Shown in pieces: positions 44,001-59,000 of a DNA stretch of 64,000 nucleotides (positions are counted from its first letter, which is position 1; each line of letters begins with the position of its first letter). Location: positions 36,146,001 through 36,210,000 of the forward strand of contig NC_047019.1 of the NCBI RefSeq assembly GCF_902652985.1. Direction: 5' to 3'. Origin of the DNA: Pecten maximus. Taxonomy: Eukaryota. Made by a program: the position numbers and the translations under genes. The notes under the pieces are model-generated. The model saw only the letters and a program-made list of their open reading frames with translations, did not search any database and had not been told where the DNA came from.

Positions 44001-47000
44001 ACGGCAACATAGTTCTACTGTGTTGTTCCTGTTACAGATACGACAGGTTTGTAACGGCAACATAGTTCCACCGTGTTGTTCCTGTTACAGATAGGAAAGG
44101 TTTGTAACGATAACATAGTTCTACCGTGTTGTTCCTGATACAGATAGGAAAGGTTTGTAACGGTAACATAGTTCCACTGTGTTGTTCCTGTTACAGATAG
44201 GACAGATTTGTAACGGCAACATAGTTCCACTGTGTTGTTCCTGTTACAGATAGGACAGATTTGTAACGGCAACATAGTTCTACTGTGTTGTTCCTGTTAC
44301 AGATAGGAAAGGTTTGTAACGGTAACATAGTTCCACCGTGTTGTTCCTGTTACAGATAGGAAAGGTTTGTAACGGTAACATAGTTCCACCGTGTTGTTCC
44401 TGTTACAGATAGGAAAGGTTTGTAACGGCAACATACTTCTACCGTGTTGTTCCTGTTTCAGATAGGAAAGGTTTGTAACGGTAACATAGTTCCACCGTGT
44501 TGTTCCTGTTACAGATAGGAAAGGTTTGTAACAGTAACATAGTTCCACTGTGTTGTTCCTGTTAGATAGGAAAGGTTTGTAACGGCAACATAGTTCTACT
44601 GTGTTGTTCCTGTTACAGATAGGAAAGGTTTGTAACGGTAACATAGTTCTACTGTGTTGTTCCTGTTACAGATAGGACATATTTGTAACGGCAACATAGT
44701 TCCACTGTGTTGTTCCTGTTACAGATACGACATATTTGTAACGGCAACATAGTTCCACTGTGTTGTTCCTGTTACAGATACGACAGGTTTGTAACGGCAA
44801 CATAGTTCCACTGTGTTGTTCCTGTTACAGATACGACAGGTTTGTAACGGCAACATAGTTCCACTGTGTTGTTCCTGTTACAGATAGGACAGGTTTGTAA
44901 CGGCAACATAGTTCTACTGTGTTGTTCCAGTTACAGATACGACATATTTGTAACGGTAACATAGTTCTACTGTGTTGTTCCTGTTACAGATACAACAGGT
45001 TTGTAACGGCAACATAGTTCTACTGTGCTGTTCCAGTTACAGATACGACATATTTGTAACGGTAACATAGTTCTACTGTGTTGTTCCTGTTACAGATACA
45101 ACAGGTTTGTAACGGCAACATAGTTCCACTGTGTTGTTCCTGTTACAGATAGGACAGGTTTGTAACGGCAACATAGTTCTACTGTGTTGTTCCTGTTACA
45201 GATACGACAGATTTGTAACGGCAACATAGTTCTACTGTGTTGTTCCTGTTACAGATACGACAGGTTTGTAACGGTAACATAGTTCCACTGTGTTGTTCCT
45301 GTTACAGATAGGACAGGTTTGTAACGGCAACATAGTTCTACTGTGTTGTTCCAGTTACAGATACGACAGATTTGTAACGGTAACATAGTTCCACTGTGTT
45401 GTTCCTGTTACAGATACGACAGATTTGTAACGGCAACATAGTTCTACTGTGTTGTTGCTGTTACAGATACGACTGATTTGTAACGGTAACATAGTTCTAC
45501 TGTGTTGTTCCTGTTGCAGAATGGACATATTTGTAACGGTAACATAGTTCTACCGTGTTGTTCCTGTTACAGATACAACAGATTTGTAACGGTAACATAG
45601 TTCCACTGTGTTGTTCCTGTTACAGATACGACAGATTTGTAACGGCAACATAGTTCTACTGTGTTGTTGCTGTTACAGATACGACTGATTTGTAACGGTA
45701 ACATAGTTCTACTGTGTTGTTCCTGTTGCAGAATGGACAGATTTGTAACGGTAACATAGTTCTACCGTGTTGTTCCTGTTACAGATACGACATATTTGTA
45801 ACGGTAACATAGTTCCACTGTGTTGTTCCTGTTACAGATACGACAGATTTGTAACGGCAACATAGTTCCACTGTGTTGTTCCTGTTACAGATAGGACAGG
45901 TTTGTAACGGCAACATAGTTCTACTGTGTTGTTGCTGTTACAGATACGACTGATTTGTAACGGTAACATAGTTCTACTGTGTTGTTCCTGTTGCAGAATG
46001 GACAGATTTGTAACGGTAACATAGTTCTACCGTGTTGTTCCTGTTACAGATACAACAGATTTGTAACGGTAACATAGTTCCACTGTGTTGTTCCTGTTAC
46101 AGATACGACTGATTTGTAACGGTAACATAGTTCTACTGTGTTGTTCCTGTTACAGATACGACAGGTTTGTAACGGTAACATAGTTCCACTGTGTTGTTCC
46201 TGTTACAGATACGACAGATTTGTAACGGCAACAGTGTTCCACTGTGTTGTTCCTGTTACAGATAGGACAGGTTTGTAACGGCAACATAGTTCTACTGTGT
46301 TGTTCCTGTTACAGATACGACAGATTTGTAACGGCAACATAGTTCCACTGTGTTGTTCCTGTTACAGATACGACAGATTTGTAACGGCAACATAGTTCCA
46401 CTGTGTTGTTCCTGTTACAGATAGGACAGGTTTGTAACGGCAACATAGTTCTACTGTGTTGTTCCAGTTACAGATACGACATATTTGTAACGGTAACATA
46501 GTTCTACTGTGTTGTTCCTGTTACAGATACGACATATTTGTAACGGTAACATAGTTCTACTGTGTTGTTCCTGTTACAGATACAACAGGTTTGTAACGGC
46601 AACATAGTTCCACTGTGTTGTTCCTGTTACAGATAGGACAGGTTTGTAACGGCAACATAGTTCTACTGTGTTGTTCCTGTTACAGATACGACAGATTTGT
46701 AACGGCAACATAGTTCTACTGTGTTGTTCCTGTTACAGATACGACAGGTTTGTAACGGTAACATAGTTCCACTGTGTTGTTCCTGTTACAGATAGGACAG
46801 GTTTGTAACGGCAACATAGTTCTACTGTGTTGTTCCAGTTACAGATACGACAGATTTGTAACGGTAACATAGTTCCACTGTGTTGTTCCTGTTACAGATA
46901 CGACAGATTTGTAACGGCAACATAGTTCTACTGTGTTGTTGCTGTTACAGATACGACTGATTTGTAACGGTAACATAGTTCTACTGTGTTGTTCCTGTTG

Positions 47001-50000
47001 CAGAATGGACATATTTGTAACGGTAACATAGTTCTACCGTGTTGTTCCTGTTACAGATACAACAGATTTGTAACGGTAACATAGTTCCACTGTGTTGTTC
47101 CTGTTACAGATACGACAGATTTGTAACGGCAACATAGTTCTACTGTGTTGTTGCTGTTACAGATACGACTGATTTGTAACGGTAACATAGTTCTACTGTG
47201 TTGTTCCTGTTGCAGAATGGACAGATTTGTAACGGTAACATAGTTCTACCGTGTTGTTCCTGTTACAGATACGACATATTTGTAACGGTAACATAGTTCC
47301 ACTGTGTTGTTCCTGTTACAGATACGACAGATTTGTAACGGCAACATAGTTCCACTGTGTTGTTCCTGTTACAGATAGGACAGGTTTGTAACGGCAACAT
47401 AGTTCTACTGTGTTGTTCCTGATACAGATAGGACAGATTTGTAACGGCAACATAGTTCTACCGTGTTGTTCCTGTTACAGATAGGAAAGGTTTGTAACGG
47501 TAACATAGTTCCACTGTGTTGTTCCTGTTACAGATAGGACAGATTTGTAACGGCAACATAGTTCCACTGTGTTGTTCCTGTTACAGATAGGACAGATTTG
47601 TAACGGCAACATAGTTCCACTGTGTTGTTCCTGTTACAGATAGGACAGATTTGTAACGGCAACATAGTTCTACTGTGTTGTTCCTGTTACAGATAGGACA
47701 GGTTTGTAACGGTAACATAGTTCCACTGTGTTGTTCCTGTTAGATAGGACAGATTTGTAACGGCAACATAGTTCTACCGTGTTGTTCCTGTTACAGATAG
47801 GAAAGGTTTGTAACGGTAACATAGTTCTACCGTGTTGTTCCTGATACAGATAGGAAGGGTTTGTAACGGTAACATAGTTCTACCGTGTTGTTCCTGTTAC
47901 AGATAGAACAGGTTTGTAACGGTAACATAGTTCCACCGTGTTGTTCCTGTTACAGATAGGAAAGGTTTGTAACGGTAACATAGTTCTACTGTGTTGTTCC
48001 TGTTACAGATAGGAAAGGTTTGTAACAGTAACATAGTTCCACCGTGTTGTTCCTGTTACAGATAGGAAAGGTTTGTAACGGTAAAATAGTTCCACTGTAT
48101 TGTTCCTGTTACAGATAGGAAAGGTTTGTAACAGTAACATAGTTCCACTGTGTTGTTCCTGTTAGATAGGAAAGGTTTGTAACGGTAACATAGTTCCACC
48201 GTGTTGTTCCTGTTACAGATAGGAAAGGTTTGTAACGGTAACATAGTTCCACCGTGTTGTTCCTGTTACAGATAGGAAAGGTTTGTAACGGCAACATACT
48301 TCTACCGTGTTGTTCCTGTTTCAGATAGGAAAGGTTTGTAACGGTAACATAGTTCCACCGTGTTGTTCCTGTTACAGATAGGAAAGGTTTGTAACAGTAA
48401 CATAGTTCCACTGTGTTGTTCCTTTTGGATAGGAAAGGTTTGTAACGGCAACATAGTTCTACTGTGTTGTTCCTGTTACAGATAGGAAAGGTTTGTAACG
48501 GTAACATAGTTCTACTGTGTTGTTCCTGTTACAGATAGGACATATTTGTAACGGCAACATAGTTCCACTGTGTTGTTCCTGTTACAGACACGACAGGTTT
48601 GTAACGGCAACATAGTTCCACTGTGTTGTTCCTGTTACAGATAGGACAGGTTTGTAACGGCAACATAGTTCCACTGTGTTGTTCCTGTTACAGATAGGAC
48701 AGGTTTGTAACGGCAACATAGTTCTACTGTGTTGTTCCAGTTACAGATACGACATATTTGTAACGGTAACATAGTTCTACTGTGTTGTTCCTGTTACAGA
48801 TAGGACAGGTTTGTAACGGCAACATAGTTCCACTGTGTTGTTCCTGTTACAGATAGGACAGGTTTGTAACGGCAACATAGTTCTACTGTGTTGTTCCTGT
48901 TACAGATACGACAGATTTGTAACGGCAACATAGTTCCACTGTGTTGTTCCTGTTACAGATAGGACAGGTTTGTAACGGCAACATAGTTCTACTGTGTTGT
49001 TCCTGTTACAGATACGACAGATTTGTAACGGCAACATAGTTCCACTGTGTTGTTCCTGTTACAGATACGACAGATTTGTAACGGCAACATAGTTCTACTG
49101 TGTTGTTGCTGTTACAGATACGACTGATTTGTAACGGTAACATAGTTCTACTGTGTTGTTCCTGTTACAGATACGACAGGTTTGTAACGGTAACATAGTT
49201 CCACTGTGTTGTTCCTGTTACAGATAGGACAGGTTTGTAACGGCAACATAGTTCTGCTGTGTTGTTCCAGTTACAGATACGACAGATTTGTAACGGTAAC
49301 ATAGTTCCACTGTGTTGTTCCTGTTACAGATACGACAGATTTGTAACGGCAACATAGTTCTACTGTGTTGTTGCTGTTACAGATACGACTGATTTGTAAC
49401 GGTAACATAGTTCTACTGTGTTGTTCCTGTTGCAGAATGGACAGATTTGTAACGGTAACATAGTTCTACCGTGTTGTTCCTGTTACAGATACAACAGATT
49501 TGTAACGGTAACATAGTTCCACTGTGTTGTTCCTGTTACAGATACGACTGATTTGTAACGGTAACATAGTTCTACTGTGTTGTTCCTGTTACAGATACGA
49601 CAGGTTTGTAACGGTAACATAGTTCCACTGTGTTGTTCCTGTTACAGATAGGACAGGTTTGTAACGGCAACATAGTTCTACTGTGTTGTTCCAGTTACAG
49701 ATACGACAGATTTGTAACGGTAACATAGTTCCACTGTGTTGTTCCTGTTACAGATACGACAGATTTGTAACGGCAACATAGTTCTACTGTGTTGTTGCTG
49801 TTACAGATACGACAGATTTGTAACGGTAACATAGTTCTACTGTGTTGTTCCTGTTGCAGAATGGACAGATTTGTAACGGTAACATAGTTCTACCGTGTTG
49901 TTCCTGTTACAGATACAACAGATTTGTAACGGTAACATAGTTCCACTGTGTTGTTCCTGTTACAGATACGACAGATTTGTAACGGCAACATAGTTCTACT

Positions 50001-53000
50001 GTGTTGTTGCTGTTACAGATACGACTGATTTGTAACGGTAACATAGTTCTACTGTGTTGTTCCTGTTGCAGAATGGACAGATTTGTAACGGTAACATAGT
50101 TCTACCGTGTTGTTCCTGTTACAGATACGACATATTTGTAACGGTAACATAGTTCCACTGTGTTGTTCCTGTTACAGATACGACAGATTTGTAACGGCAA
50201 CATAGTTCCACTGTGTTGTTCCTGTTACAGATAGGACAGGTTTGTAACGGCAACATAGTTCTACTGTGTTGTTCCTGATACAGATAGGACAGATTTGTAA
50301 CGGCAACATAGTTCTACCGTGTTGTTCCTGATACAGATAGGAAAGGTTTGTAACGGTAACATAGTTCCACTGTGTTGTTCCTGTTACAGATAGGACAGAT
50401 TTGTAACGGCAACATAGTTCCACTGTGTTGTTCCTGTTACAGATAGGACAGATTTGTAACGGCAACATAGTTCCACTGTGTTGTTCCTGTTACAGATAGG
50501 ACAGATTTGTAACGGCAACATAGTTCTACTGTGTTGTTCCTGTTACAGATAGGACAGGTTTGTAACGGTAACATAGTTCCACTGTGTTGTTCCTGTTAGA
50601 TAGGACAGATTTGTAACGGCAACATAGTTCTACCGTGTTGTTCCTGTTACAGATAGGAAAGGTTTGTAACGGTAACATAGTTCTACCGTGTTGTTCCTGA
50701 TACAGATAGGAAGGGTTTGTAACGGTAACATAGTTCTACCGTGTTGTTCCTGTTACAGATAGAACAGGTTTGTAACGGTAACATAGTTCCACCGTGTTGT
50801 TCCTGTTACAGATAGGAAAGGTTTGTAACGGTAACATAGTTCTACTGTGTTGTTCCTGTTACAGATAGGAAAGGTTTGTAACAGTAACATAGTTCCACCG
50901 TGTTGTTCCTGTTACAGATAGGAAAGGTTTGTAACGGTAAAATAGTTCCACTGTATTGTTCCTGTTACAGATAGGAAAGGTTTGTAACAGTAACATAGTT
51001 CCACTGTGTTGTTCCTGTTAGATAGGAAAGGTTTGTAACGGTAACATAGTTCCACCGTGTTGTTCCTGTTACAGATAGGAAAGGTTTGTAACGGTAACAT
51101 AGTTCCACCGTGTTGTTCCTGTTACAGATAGGAAAGGTTTGTAACGGCAACATACTTCTACCGTGTTGTTCCTGTTTCAGATAGGAAAGGTTTGTAACGG
51201 TAACATAGTTCCACCGTGTTGTTCCTGTTACAGATAGGAAAGGTTTGTAACAGTAACATAGTTCCACTGTGTTGTTCCTTTTGGATAGGAAAGGTTTGTA
51301 ACGGCAACATAGTTCTACTGTGTTGTTCCTGTTACAGATAGGAAAGGTTTGTAACGGTAACATAGTTCTACTGTGTTGTTCCTGTTACAGATAGGACATA
51401 TTTGTAACGGCAACATAGTTCCACTGTGTTGTTCCTGTTACAGACACGACAGGTTTGTAACGGCAACATAGTTCCACTGTGTTGTTCCTGTTACAGATAG
51501 GACAGGTTTGTAACGGCAACATAGTTCCACTGTGTTGTTCCTGTTACAGATAGGACAGGTTTGTAACGGCAACATAGTTCTACTGTGTTGTTCCAGTTAC
51601 AGATACGACATATTTGTAACGGTAACATAGTTCTACTGTGTTGTTCCTGTTACAGATAGGACAGGTTTGTAACGGCAACATAGTTCCACTGTGTTGTTCC
51701 TGTTACAGATAGGACAGGTTTGTAACGGCAACATAGTTCTACTGTGTTGTTCCTGTTACAGATACGACAGATTTGTAACGGCAACATAGTTCCACTGTGT
51801 TGTTCCTGTTACAGATAGGACAGGTTTGTAACGGCAACATAGTTCTACTGTGTTGTTCCTGTTACAGATACGACAGATTTGTAACGGCAACATAGTTCCA
51901 CTGTGTTGTTCCTGTTACAGATACGACAGATTTGTAACGGCAACATAGTTCTACTGTGTTGTTGCTGTTACAGATACGACTGATTTGTAACGGTAACATA
52001 GTTCTACTGTGTTGTTCCTGTTACAGATACGACAGGTTTGTAACGGTAACATAGTTCCACTGTGTTGTTCCTGTTACAGATAGGACAGGTTTGTAACGGC
52101 AACATAGTTCTGCTGTGTTGTTCCAGTTACAGATACGACAGATTTGTAACGGTAACATAGTTCCACTGTGTTGTTCCTGTTACAGATACGACAGATTTGT
52201 AACGGCAACATAGTTCTACTGTGTTGTTGCTGTTACAGATACGACTGATTTGTAACGGTAACATAGTTCTACTGTGTTGTTCCTGTTGCAGAATGGACAG
52301 ATTTGTAACGGTAACATAGTTCTACCGTGTTGTTCCTGTTACAGATACAACAGATTTGTAACGGTAACATAGTTCCACTGTGTTGTTCCTGTTACAGATA
52401 CGACTGATTTGTAACGGTAACATAGTTCTACTGTGTTGTTCCTGTTACAGATACGACAGGTTTGTAACGGTAACATAGTTCCACTGTGTTGTTCCTGTTA
52501 CAGATAGGACAGGTTTGTAACGGCAACATAGTTCTACTGTGTTGTTCCAGTTACAGATACGACAGATTTGTAACGGTAACATAGTTCCACTGTGTTGTTC
52601 CTGTTACAGATACGACAGATTTGTAACGGCAACATAGTTCTACTGTGTTGTTGCTGTTACAGATACGACAGATTTGTAACGGTAACATAGTTCTACTGTG
52701 TTGTTCCTGTTGCAGAATGGACAGATTTGTAACGGTAACATAGTTCTACCGTGTTGTTCCTGTTACAGATACAACAGATTTGTAACGGTAACATAGTTCC
52801 ACTGTGTTGTTCCTGTTACAGATACGACAGATTTGTAACGGCAACATAGTTCTACTGTGTTGTTGCTGTTACAGATACGACTGATTTGTAACGGTAACAT
52901 AGTTCTACTGTGTTGTTCCTGTTGCAGAATGGACAGATTTGTAACGGTAACATAGTTCTACCGTGTTGTTCCTGTTACAGATACGACATATTTGTAACGG

Positions 53001-56000
53001 TAACATAGTTCCACTGTGTTGTTCCTGTTACAGATACGACAGATTTGTAACGGCAACATAGTTCCACTGTGTTGTTCCTGTTACAGATAGGACAGGTTTG
53101 TAACGGCAACATAGTTCTACTGTGTTGTTCCTGATACAGATAGGACAGATTTGTAACGGCAACATAGTTCTACCGTGTTGTTCCTGATACAGATAGGAAA
53201 GGTTTGTAACGGTAACATAGTTCCACTGTGTTGTTCCTGTTACAGATAGGACAGATTTGTAACGGCAACATAGTTCCACTGTGTTGTTCCTGTTACAGAT
53301 AGGACAGATTTGTAACGGCAACATAGTTCCACTGTGTTGTTCCTGTTACAGATAGGACAGATTTGTAACGGCAACATAGTTCTACTGTGTTGTTCCTGTT
53401 ACAGATAGGACAGGTTTGTAACGGTAACATAGTTCCACTGTGTTGTTCCTGTTAGATAGGACAGATTTGTAACGGCAACATAGTTCTACCGTGTTGTTCC
53501 TGTTACAGATAGGAAAGGTTTGTAACGGTAACATAGTTCTACCGTGTTGTTCCTGATACAGATAGGAAGGGTTTGTAACGGTAACATAGTTCTACCGTGT
53601 TGTTCCTGTTACAGATAGAACAGGTTTGTAACGGTAACATAGTTCCACCGTGTTGTTCCTGTTACAGATAGGAAAGGTTTGTAACGGTAACATAGTTCTA
53701 CTGTGTTGTTCCTGTTACAGATAGGAAAGGTTTGTAACGGTAACATAGTTCCACCGTGTTGTTCCTGTTAGATAGGAAAGGTTTGAAACGGTAACATAGT
53801 TCTACTGTGTTGTTCCTGTTACAAATAGGAAAGGTTTGTAACGGTAACATAGTTCTACTGTGTTGTTCCTGTTACAGATACGACAGGTTTGTAACGGTAA
53901 CATAGTTCTACTGTGTTGTTCCTGTTACAAATAGGAAAGGTTTGTAACGGTAACATAGTTCTACTGTGTTTTTCCTGTTAGATAGGAAAGGTTTGTAACG
54001 GTAACATAGTTCTACTGTGTTGTTCCTGTTACAAATAGGAAAGGTTTGTAACGGTAACATAGTTCCACTGTGTTGTTCCTGTTAGATAGGAAAGGTTTGT
54101 AACGGTAACATAGTTCTACTGTGTTGTTCCTGATACAGATAGGAAGGGTTTGTAACGGTAACATAGTTCTACTGTGTTGTTCCTGATACAGATAGGAAGG
54201 GTTTGTAACGGTAACATAGTTCCACTGTGTTGTTCCTGTTACAGATAGGACAGATTTGTAACGGCAACATAGTTCTACTGTGTTTTTCCTGTTAGATAGG
54301 AAAGGTTTGTAACGGTAACATAGTTCCACCGTGTTGTTCCTGTTACAGATAGGAAAGGTTTGTAACGGTAACATAGTTCCACTGTGTTGTTCCTGTTACA
54401 AATAGGACAGATTTGTAACGGCAACATAGTTCTACTGTGTTGTTCCTGTTACAAATAGGACAGATTTGTAACGGTAACATAGTTCCACTGTGTTGTTCCT
54501 GTTACAAATAGGACAGATTTGTAACGGCAACATAGTTCTACTGTGTTGTTCCTGTTACAGATACGACAGATTTGTAACGGTAACATAGTTCCACTGTGTT
54601 GTTCCTGTTACAAATAGGACAGATTTGTAACGGTAACATAGTTCCACTGTGTTGTTCCTGTTACAAATAGGACAGATTTGTAACGGCAACATAGTTCCAC
54701 TGTGTTGTTCCTGTTACAGATACGACAGGTTTGTAACGGTAACATAGTTCTACTGTGTTGTTCCTGTTACAGATAGGACAGGTTTGTAACGGTAACATAG
54801 TTCTACTGTGTTGTTCCTGTTACAGATAGGACAGATTTGTAACGGCAACATAGTTCCACTGTGTTGTTCCTGTTACAAATAGGACAGATTTGTAACGGCA
54901 ACATAGTTCTACTGTGTTGTTCCTGTTACAGATAGAACATGAACACTGTTTAGTGGACAACTGATTTGCTGGGCAATATGGATATGTGTTCAGGGTACCA
55001 TATAACCAGGTATATTGTGATATACTTTGCGTTTTAGCCCACCATCATCTTATGGTTGGCTATTCAATTTCCCCTGCTTCCATGGTCCTTCGATCTGTCC
55101 GTAAACAATAATTGTTATCGCTATTTCTTGAGATGTACCGGAGGAAACATCATCTGTAGGTTCTCTTTGGTCTCTAGTTGTGCTTGTTCAATTTTGAGCC
55201 TGATCGGGACAACAAAATGATCGATAGGCAGCTATCTTCGATTTTGACAGTTGAAGTTTGTTATTGCTGGGAGGACATTTCTAAAACTTGTCGGTTCACC
55301 TTGGACCTTAGTTGTGCCTGTTCTATTTTGAAACTGATCGGCGACAAGCGATTATCTTGGATTTTGACAGTTGAGGATTGTCCCTTGTAAAGTAACTTTC
55401 ACTGAAACGTCGTGTGTAGATTCTATTTTGAAACTGATCAGAGAAAGAAATGGTCGACAGACAGCAATTTGGATTTTAACAAATGAAGTTTTGTCGCCAT
55501 TTTCGAAGAAATACTGGAAGGATTTTTCTGAAACTTGATCTGTAGGTTCCCATTAGTCCTTAGTTGTCCCTGTTTATAGCAAGCCAATATAAGGTTTATT
55601 ACCAAAATGAAATATCTCTTAAAATTCATGAAATACATGTACCTTTAATTTTGAGATTTATGGAGGAAAATGGCTGATAGGCAGCTATCTTGAATATTGA
55701 GTTGAAGGTACTGGAAGGATTTGTATGAAACTTGATATGTAGGTTCCTGGCATGCAGTCTCGTGTTATGACAATATCAATTTTGAGACTGTTCGCAGAAA
55801 CAAAATAGCTGGCAGTCGATCTTATTGGAATTAAATGCTTTTGTCAATTTTCAGAAATTTCCTTTCGATTCCACTTGCTTTCAAATACTTAGGAGGAAAC
55901 GACGAAAATTAAGAAAAATTTAAAAAAAAAAAAAAAAAAAAAAGTCAATTGTGGGCGCTAAGATTCCTCTGGGACCTCTTGGTAATTATGCAGGTTTGTG

Positions 56001-59000
56001 TTACTATACAATGTCGTTAGCATTTATTTCTAGTGAACATAGTCGCGGATATTTTAATTCCAGTTGTGAAGAGGCGTCAAGAGAGGAATCCGTGTCAAAA
56101 GAAAACATGACAAAGTTCCTTGGTGACGTAAACGAGTTAGTGGGTTCCAAACAGCTATTAGAAATGACTGAGGAGCTGAACAAGATTAAATTTCAAATCG
56201 ACAACATGAAGATTGGTAGGTTGTATAGCAAACCAATATAAGGTTTAATTATTACCAAACTGAAATATCTCTTAACATTCATGAAATACATGTACCTTTA
56301 AATGTTTCCATATATAGACAATATTGATACTTCATCTAATTCAAATAAATTATTACATCGCCATATTTTTAGAAATATAACTCTTTCACTACACTTGGTG
56401 TAATCTACCATATTAAGGTGTTGTGTGCGGTATCTCCATATAAAACAGCGATGTGATATCTTCATATAAGATGTGGTCCGATGTCTCCATATTTAGGTTT
56501 GGCCCGCGAGCTCCATATTTAGGTGTGCCGAGCTCCATATTTAGGTGTGGTGGGATATCTCCATGTACAGGTGTGTTCCGATATTTCCATATGTAGGTGT
56601 GGCCCGATATTTCCATATGTAGGTGTTGTGCGATATCTCCATATTCAGGTATGGTACGATGTCTCCATATTTATGTGTGGTGCAATGTGTCCGTATTGAG
56701 GTATTGTACGATATTTCCACATACAGGTTTGGTCCGATGTCTCTCATATTTAGATGTTATACGATATATTCATATTAAGTTGTGTAGCGATGTCGCCTTA
56801 TTGAAATCTGATACGATATCTCCTTATACAGGTGTGGTGCGATATTCCAAAATTCAGGTGTGGTGTGATGTCTCGATATCTAGGTGTGGTGTGATATTTC
56901 CATATAAAGGTGTGGTGCCTTATCTCAATATTTCGGTTTGGACAGGTATGACAATATTTGTGGTTGGAGCGATATTTCCATATTTAGATGAAGTGTGATG
57001 TTTCTATATCCAGGTATGTAGCGATGTCCTCATATTGAGGTTTGATACGATATATCCATATTAAGGCGTGTAGCGATGTCTCCTTATTTAGGCGAGGTGC
57101 AATATCGCCATATCAAGATGTGGTGCGATATATTTATATTTAGGTGATGTCCGCCATCTCCATATTTAGGTGTGGTCCGGAATCTCTATATTAGATGTGG
57201 TGCGCTGCCTCCATACAAAGACGTGATACGTTTCTCCGTATTAAGGTCCTGTCCGATATCTCCATATTTAGGCGTGATGCGATGTCTACAATTTTCGGTG
57301 TAACGATAACTTCTTTTTTCGATGTGGTACAATATCTCTCACTATCTGGTGCAATATTTCTATATACAGGTGTGGTCAAATGTCTTCATATTTAGGTGTG
57401 GTATGATATCTCCATATTTAGGTGTGGATCGTTATCTCCATAAACATGTGTGGTACAATAGCTCCATATTATCTTTGGTGCGATATCTCCATATTTAGGT
57501 GTTGTGCGACAACGCCATATTTCGGTTGTAGCGATGTATCTATATCTAGGTGTGGTACGATATCTACATATTTAGATATGTTGCAATGTCTCCATATTTA
57601 GATATGTTGCGAAGTCTCCATATTTAGGTTTGGTACGTTACCTCTATATACAGGTGTGGCGAGATAAATCCATATTTATGTGAGTTCCGATAGCCTTATT
57701 AGTCAAATCAGGTTAGATATCTCTCTATTATGACCTTGTACGATGTCTCAATGGTTAGGCAAAGTACGGTATCTCCATATTTAGGTAAAGAGCGATGCCC
57801 ATAGTTAGACAGAATTCAAAGGTCAAGTCAGATACTTCCCATTTAGAATATTGATTTATTCTTGAATACGTGTGCAATGTTTATTGAAAATAATCCGTTG
57901 GCTAAACCCCAGCTATTTTATCTGTAAAATTTTCAGAATCCACACAAGACGTTAGACTTCAACGGGGAGATCAAACAGCACTATGTCAATCAACATCATC
58001 ATATAGTACTGCCCCAGAACATCCCTGAAGACTCTTGGCAACCGGTATTTTAGAAACTTGTTGGTATACATCGTAGCTTTAATAGTTCTAATATACTCAG
58101 CTATGTAGTTGTACATAAAATATCACCTTTTGCCTCTAAAAGAAATGAACTGGAAAAATTCTTAGGCGCCCGTTTTACAAATGTGTTGGGCAAATTGAAT
58201 ACTCACCTTGCCTTTCCGTTTCAAGGTTTGTCGTTTAAATGTATGAACTGTAAAATGAACTACCTATATCCTTATCCGTTACCCGAAGGTCAATCTAGTA
58301 ATTATGCATTAATGCGGCGTCCGTCGTCCGCTCGACGTCAACTTTTAATCACGCTTGTTGGCCCGGATTGAAGCAGGCGATGGGTCTCACAGCGAGATGA
58401 AACCCCTGGATACCCAGGGTCATAGTGGTATAAAATTATCCTGATCATAGGTTGTCATTGATGCTATGGCGGCCATTTTATAACACCATCGCGCAATCAT
58501 CGTATTATGTAAAGAATACACATTTTAAGCTTTTTCTGTAGTTCTATCAGTCAGATATGGATGAACCCTAAGTACTTACTGCTATAACTGTTATCAAGCT
58601 TAGCCAAACCATGTCAGGCCCATCTTGTTCTCATATAAGGGTAATAATATTGTGCCAGTAGCATGCTTTGATAAAGGGCTAACAAATTTATTCAAATGAA
58701 TCGCCAACTTTCAATGTCACGGGGATCAAAATGTGTGAAATTTTATGGCAATTTTCTCATTAATAACCAGGAGTTCCAGGGTTACGATACCTGGCCAGTA
58801 TCATGCTAGAAACTTACTTTCATATTGGAATGAAGTTTTTCTACTTAGCATCCATATCAATTGTAAAAGTTTTATGAGTAGCAGGTGAGCGAAACAGGCC
58901 CATTTGATCTCTTGCTCGACCGTGCACGAAATTACAGAGCTAACGCAAAATTCATTACAAAATACCTTCCAACTATCTGCACTATGCAAACTGTTGATTC

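Noticed and set aside
43407-54374. Many MLPLQT... minus-strand ORFs
   Set aside because: These are translations of the 53-bp satellite.
58026-58028. TGA as selenocysteine
   Set aside because: I could not see a SECIS-like element in the short 3' UTR (60374-~60440), and the peptide context is not redox-like. SECISearch would be needed to exclude it formally.
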